This document shows positions 27,580 to 32,000 of a stretch of 32,000 nt of DNA, one piece after another. Origin of the DNA: Synechococcus sp. A15-24 (lineage in GTDB: Bacteria; Cyanobacteriota; Cyanobacteriia; PCC-6307; Cyanobiaceae); NCBI RefSeq assembly GCF_014280195.1, contig NZ_CP047960.1:480001-512000 (forward strand), in the 5' to 3' direction. A program made the translations under genes and the position numbers. Position 1 is the stretch's first letter. Every line of letters starts with the position of its first letter. The notes beneath the pieces are model-generated. The model was not told the DNA's origin. It saw nothing but the letters and a program-made list of their open reading frames with translations, and made no database searches.

Positions 27580-27993
27580 TCAGCTGATGGCCTTGCCGCC
27601 CACGGTGATGGATTCAACCATCACTCGGGTGAGTTCCTGTCTGTGGCCATTCTTGCGCCGCGTCTTCTTTTTCGGGCGCATTTTGTACACGATCACCTTG
27701 GTACCCCGGCGATGGGCCATCACCTTGAGGGCCACCGTGGCGTCTTTGACAAAGGGCTGTCCAAGGGTAGTTCCCTTGGAATCCTTCACCAGCAGAACGT
27801 TTTCGAGCTTGATGGTCTCGTCGACTTCAGCGTGAAGCCGATCAACGTCGTAATAACGGTTGGCCTGGACCCACATCTGTGTGCCGGAGGCTTCGACGAT
27901 GGCGTATGCCTCAGAAGAAGGCGCTGCAGCAGGCGTTTTGGCGGTCGCTTCTTCCGCGTCGGTGGCGGGAGTGGCGGTTTTGGTGTCAGCCAT
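27580..27993 (-). CDS. rplU: 50S ribosomal protein L21 (with an Ala/Thr/Pro-rich N-terminal extension)
   Basis: The core starts at [13 protein letters not shown] and includes [26 protein letters not shown]. About 29 residues precede the canonical start, with no in-frame alternative start codon among them. Confidence 0.93.
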   Translation of the reverse strand: MADTKTATPATDAEEATAKTPAAAPSSEAYAIVEASGTQMWVQANRYYDVDRLHAEVDETIKLENVLLVKDSKGTTLGQPFVKDATVALKVMAHRRGTKVIVYKMRPKKKTRRKNGHRQELTRVMVESITVGGKAIS

Positions 27994-28008
27994 GGAAAAG
28001 AGACACGG

Positions 28009-28038
28009 TCAGGCTCGGTCGAAACCGATTCAGCCTGA
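28009..28038 (-). promoter_or_regulatory. stem-loop in the rplU-rpmA leader
   Basis: Outer stem tcaggct/agcctga, inner stem cggt/accg, and a 4-nt apical loop (cgaa on the + strand, ttcg in the rplU-sense RNA). On the minus strand it ends 15 nt before the rplU ATG and is followed by a pyrimidine-rich tract. Confidence 0.3.
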
Positions 28039-28123
28039 ACCGCAATCGAAAGACAAACAAAGATCCTCAATCATCGAGGGCCCTGTCGTCAACATTCAGG
28101 AACATTGAATTGCTGACCGCCGG

Positions 28124-29014
28124 ATGGCCAGGCCGGGCCTCACGATTGCCTTGCTGCTCACCACACCGAATCTGGTGGATGCCTGTCAGCAGTGGTTGCC
28201 GGACACGCGTTACCACTCCATCGTCCTAAGCGGACCTCATCAGGGGCAGGAGCAGCTGGATCTGGTCAGCACCCTCGAGGCTCAGCAGGAGGAGATCGAC
28301 GCGGTGGTGGTGGAGCAGCATCTGCTGGATGCCAGCAGTCGCGAGCAGCTGCTCAGCCGAGGGCTGTTGTTCCCCGCCGTTGTGGTGGGTGAGATGAAGG
28401 GCCATGTGGACTACCACGCCGAGGAGCTGCATCTCGCCGACGATCAGCTGGCGCAGCTGGGCTACACAGTTGATGCCTCCATCTCACGCTTTCTGCGCCA
28501 GGGACGTGCCGATGGTCGATCGGACGACGATGGATTGGCGTCTGTCGACAAGTTGTCCCGCCGTTTGCAGGAACGGCTCGGGTACCTCGGGGTCTTCTAC
28601 AAGCGGGATCCATCTCGCTTTCTCGGCAGCCTTCCCACCGAGGAACGGCGCGAGTTGCTGGAGTCGCTGCAGCGCACCTACCGCGATCTGCTGATCAGTT
28701 ATTTCAGCGACCCTGCCGCGTCTAACCAGGCGCTGGAGAGTTTTGTCAACACCGCCTTTTTCAGTGATCTGCCGATCACCAGAACCGTCGACATCCACGT
28801 CGATCAGATCGATGAGTTCTGGAAGCAGCTGCGGCTTGAAGGGCACAAGAGCGAATTTCTTCAGGATTACCGCCTTGCGCTTCTCGATGTGATGGCCCAT
28901 TTGTGTGAGATGTACCGGCGCTCCATCCCGCCGGACATTCCGCTTTCCGGTTTGGCCTCTGGTCGACACCGACGGGAGGCTGATCTGCCGGATGCCCCAG
29001 AGGTGTCGTCATGA
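28124..29014 (+). CDS. kaiA: circadian clock protein KaiA
   Basis: 296 aa. The C-terminal dimerisation/KaiC-binding region has [22 protein letters not shown]. It sits directly upstream of kaiB-kaiC. Confidence 0.93.
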   Translation: MARPGLTIALLLTTPNLVDACQQWLPDTRYHSIVLSGPHQGQEQLDLVSTLEAQQEEIDAVVVEQHLLDASSREQLLSRGLLFPAVVVGEMKGHVDYHAEELHLADDQLAQLGYTVDASISRFLRQGRADGRSDDDGLASVDKLSRRLQERLGYLGVFYKRDPSRFLGSLPTEERRELLESLQRTYRDLLISYFSDPAASNQALESFVNTAFFSDLPITRTVDIHVDQIDEFWKQLRLEGHKSEFLQDYRLALLDVMAHLCEMYRRSIPPDIPLSGLASGRHRREADLPDAPEVSS

Positions 29015-29385
29015 GCCCACGCAAGACCTACATCCTCAAGCTCTACGTCGCCGGAAACACGCCGAATTCGATGCGTGCCCTCAAAACGCTGCGCAACATC
29101 CTTGAAACCGAGTTCCGCGGCGTTTACGCCCTGAAGGTGATTGACGTTCTCAAAAATCCCCAGCTTGCTGAGGAAGACAAGATCCTTGCTACTCCCACCC
29201 TTTCCAAGATCCTTCCGCCGCCGGTGCGCCGCATCATCGGTGATCTGTCGGATCGTGAGCGGGTGCTGATCGGCCTCGATCTGCTGTACGACGAATTGGC
29301 CGACAACGCCTTCAGTTCCGGCTACCTGGATGCTGTCGATGAGCAGAACGACACGTCGACGCCGGATTCGCCAACGGATTCTTAA
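29011..29385 (+). CDS. kaiB: circadian clock protein KaiB
   Basis: [35 protein letters not shown]. 124 aa with an acidic C-terminal tail. ATGA overlap with the kaiA stop. Confidence 0.96.
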   Translation: MSPRKTYILKLYVAGNTPNSMRALKTLRNILETEFRGVYALKVIDVLKNPQLAEEDKILATPTLSKILPPPVRRIIGDLSDRERVLIGLDLLYDELADNAFSSGYLDAVDEQNDTSTPDSPTDS

Positions 29386-29451
29386 GCCAGATGGTGATCA
29401 CTCTCCTCTCCCAGACAGACCTTCCTACGGTCCATTCATAGGTGTAGCGCC

Positions 29452-30990
29452 ATGCAGTTTCCCCCAGCCAGCGGCTCGACTCAGATGCAGGTGCAGAAGC
29501 TCCCCACCGGCATCGAGGGCTTTGATGATGTCTGTCAGGGCGGCTTGCCGATCGGTCGCAGCACCCTGATCAGCGGAACCTCCGGCACCGGTAAGACTGT
29601 GTTCTCCTTGCATTTCCTCCATAACGGCATCAAGCATTTCGATGAGCCGGGGATCTTCGTCACCTTTGAGGAATCACCGCTCGACATCCTGCGCAATGCC
29701 GCCAGCTTCGGTTGGAACCTGCAGGAGATGGTGGAGCAGGACAAGCTGTTCATCCTCGATGCGTCCCCTGATCCCGATGGTCAGGATGTGGCCGGTAGTT
29801 TTGATCTTTCCGGTCTGATCGAGCGGATCAACTACGCAATCCGCAAGTACAAGGCCAAGCGGGTTGCGATCGACTCGATCACGGCGGTGTTCCAGCAGTA
29901 CGACGCGGTGTTCGTGGTGCGCCGGGAGATCTTCCGCCTCATCGCTCGGCTGAAGGAGATCGGCGTCACCACGGTGATGACGACGGAACGCATCGACGAG
30001 TACGGACCGATTGCCCGCTACGGCGTTGAGGAGTTCGTTTCCGACAACGTGGTGATCCTGCGCAACGTGTTGGAGGGTGAGCGCCGTCGCCGCACGGTGG
30101 AGATCCTTAAATTGCGGGGCACCACCCACATGAAGGGGGAATTCCCCTTCACCATGGGCACCCATGGCATCAGCATCTTCCCTCTGGGTGCAATGCGTTT
30201 GACCCAGCGCTCTTCGAACGTGCGGGTCAGTTCCGGTGTGCCGCGGCTGGACGGGATGTGCGGTGGTGGGTTCTTCAAGGATTCGATCATCCTGGCCACC
30301 GGTGCCACCGGTACCGGCAAGACCCTGCTGGTTTCGAAGTTCATCGAAGACGCCTGCCGCAACAAGGAGCGGGCAATTCTGTTTGCCTACGAAGAGTCCC
30401 GCGCTCAGCTGCTGCGCAACGGCACCAGCTGGGGCATCGACTTCGAGCAGATGGAGCAGGACGGTTTGCTCAAGATCATCTGCGCTTACCCCGAATCGAC
30501 CGGGCTGGAGGATCATCTGCAGATCATCAAAACGGAGATCGGTCAGTTCAAGCCATCCCGGATGGCCATCGACTCCCTCTCGGCCTTGGCTCGGGGTGTC
30601 AGTCACAACGCCTTCCGGCAGTTCGTGATCGGCGTGACCGGTTACGCCAAACAGGAGGAGATCGCCGGCTTCTTCACGAACACCTCTGAGGAGTTCATGG
30701 GTAGCCACTCGATCACGGACTCCCACATCTCCACCATCACCGACACGATCCTGATGCTGCAGTACGTGGAGATTCGCGGTGAGATGGCCCGGGCGCTGAA
30801 TGTGTTCAAGATGCGCGGCTCCTGGCACGACAAGGGCATCCGCGAATTTGTGATCACCAGCAACGGCCCGCAGATCAAGGATTCCTTCTCCAACTTCGAG
30901 CGGATCATCTCCGGCGTTCCCCATCGGGTTTCCACCGACGAACGCAGCGAGTTGTCCCGTATCGCCCGCGGCGTCTCCAGCGAGGACTAA
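29452..30990 (+). CDS. kaiC: circadian clock protein KaiC
   Basis: Duplicated RecA-like halves with Walker A motifs GTSGTGKT and GATGTGKT. Phosphosite region DSHISTITDTI. An alternative start at ATG 29485 (MQVQKLPTGIEGFDD) is possible. Confidence 0.98.
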   Translation: MQFPPASGSTQMQVQKLPTGIEGFDDVCQGGLPIGRSTLISGTSGTGKTVFSLHFLHNGIKHFDEPGIFVTFEESPLDILRNAASFGWNLQEMVEQDKLFILDASPDPDGQDVAGSFDLSGLIERINYAIRKYKAKRVAIDSITAVFQQYDAVFVVRREIFRLIARLKEIGVTTVMTTERIDEYGPIARYGVEEFVSDNVVILRNVLEGERRRRTVEILKLRGTTHMKGEFPFTMGTHGISIFPLGAMRLTQRSSNVRVSSGVPRLDGMCGGGFFKDSIILATGATGTGKTLLVSKFIEDACRNKERAILFAYEESRAQLLRNGTSWGIDFEQMEQDGLLKIICAYPESTGLEDHLQIIKTEIGQFKPSRMAIDSLSALARGVSHNAFRQFVIGVTGYAKQEEIAGFFTNTSEEFMGSHSITDSHISTITDTILMLQYVEIRGEMARALNVFKMRGSWHDKGIREFVITSNGPQIKDSFSNFERIISGVPHRVSTDERSELSRIARGVSSED

Positions 30991-32000
30991 GCCAACTGTT
31001 CAGCGGTGGAGCGACGTTCGGCCTGCAGCTTCAGTTCATCCACATCCGCCTGACCCAAGGGCAGATCAAACCAGAAGGTTGTTCCCACCTCCGGTTCACT
31101 GGCCATCGACACCCTGGTGCCATGTTTCTCGAGAATTCCACGCACAATTGACAGGCCCAGGCCGGTTCCCACTTCCGTATGGACGGCATTCTCCACACGG
31201 AAAAAGCGGTCGAAGATCCGCTCCTGGTCAGCGGCGCTGATGCCGCATCCGGTATCCGCGACTTCCACCCGCAGCCGCGGCAGCGGTGAACTGAGCGCAC
31301 AGCTGGGCCCCGCCTGCTCATCTTTGGGAGATCCCATTGGGCAGGTGTCGGGCCAGGGATAAGCCCGCAGAGCAAGGGTTCCGCCGGAACGGCTGAACTT
31401 CAGGGCATTGCCCACGAGGTTGTCGAGCACCTGCAGCAGTAGATCCCAGTTGCCCAGCACTTCCGGCAGATCCTCCGGTGCATCCAGCTCCAGCTTCACC
31501 TGCTTGTCGTCGGCGTTGAGGCGGTAGGTGCGCAGGGTCTGCTCCATGGCGGGGAGAAGATTCATTGCTTCGAACTGAACGGCGCGACCGGACTCCAGGC
31601 GTGAGAGGTCGAGCACGTCGTTGACAAGACGGGTAAGGCGATCGGTTTCGTCGTTGGCGACGCCGAGAAATTCCTTATGCTCTTCGGGGCTGAGCTGATC
31701 ACCGAGATCATGCAGCGTTTCGACGTAGCTCTTGATGTTGAACAGCGGTGTGCGCAGTTCATGGGAGACGTTGCTGATGAAACGACTCTGAGCTGCATTC
31801 AGTTCCACTTCCCTGGTGAGATCCTGCACGGTGACGGCTATGCCCTTGAGCGATTCGCCGCTGGCATCGCGCACGGCCTGCATCACGATGCGCAGGGTTC
31901 GGCTCGGTTCACCGACGCTGCAGCGCAGGTCCTCACTGTCAGCGCCGCTGATCAGCAGAAGATCGAGTGGGGCCTGGAGTTCGATCGCCAGCAGGTCCGG
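30987..32000 (-). CDS. sensor histidine kinase (PAS-HisKA-HATPase), 5' end outside the window
   Basis: H-box FISNVSHELRTPL, N-box LDNLVGNALKFS, G1 VADTGCGI, G2 GTGLGLSIV. The reading frame stays open from 31886 to the window edge (...LRIVMQAVRD). NblS/Hik33-like by domain order, but I cannot confirm that. Confidence 0.85.
   Translation of the reverse strand, partial: PDLLAIELQAPLDLLLISGADSEDLRCSVGEPSRTLRIVMQAVRDASGESLKGIAVTVQDLTREVELNAAQSRFISNVSHELRTPLFNIKSYVETLHDLGDQLSPEEHKEFLGVANDETDRLTRLVNDVLDLSRLESGRAVQFEAMNLLPAMEQTLRTYRLNADDKQVKLELDAPEDLPEVLGNWDLLLQVLDNLVGNALKFSRSGGTLALRAYPWPDTCPMGSPKDEQAGPSCALSSPLPRLRVEVADTGCGISAADQERIFDRFFRVENAVHTEVGTGLGLSIVRGILEKHGTRVSMASEPEVGTTFWFDLPLGQADVDELKLQAERRSTAEQLA

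Noticed and set aside
29674-30924. 416-aa minus-strand ORF antisense to kaiC
   Set aside because: Same reasoning: kaiC on the + strand is unambiguous and the antisense product is low-complexity.

Overview
This is a high-GC cyanobacterial chromosome segment. My hand counts give about 57% G+C in core genes. Gene content and order look like a marine Synechococcus-type picocyanobacterium.

Core genes, in order: groES-groEL, secG-gpmI, pyrR, ftrV, an Hsp70-like gene, rpoZ, murD, tRNA-Val(GAC), serA-prmA, petF, psbV, rnz, a SpoIID-like gene, a nagB-like gene, yebC, truB, rplU-rpmA, and a complete kaiA-kaiB-kaiC clock cluster. A convergent PAS histidine kinase follows kaiC and runs off the right edge. 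Most of the window is tightly packed housekeeping DNA.

Non-core or odd content:
1. A low-GC island of about 3.2 kb (about 35% G+C, 2081-5307) lies between the groEL terminator and the secG stop codon. It carries a CmcI/TylF-like methyltransferase, a glycosyltransferase and a sulfotransferase-like ORF.
2. A cluster of three tiny genes sits at 23610-24266. Two are below the 60-aa cutoff of the ORF track, and one of those is Nif11-like.
3. Two membrane-protein genes appear split by single-base frameshifts, each at a short G/C run (near 12276 and near 27057).
4. Several perfect palindromes occur, plus an unusually long structured spacer at 11596-11895.

I saw no CRISPR array, rRNA, transposase or integrase, and no convincing multi-gene defence-type system. 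The island and the small-gene cluster are the best novelty candidates. All family names come from motif recognition by eye; no database search was possible.
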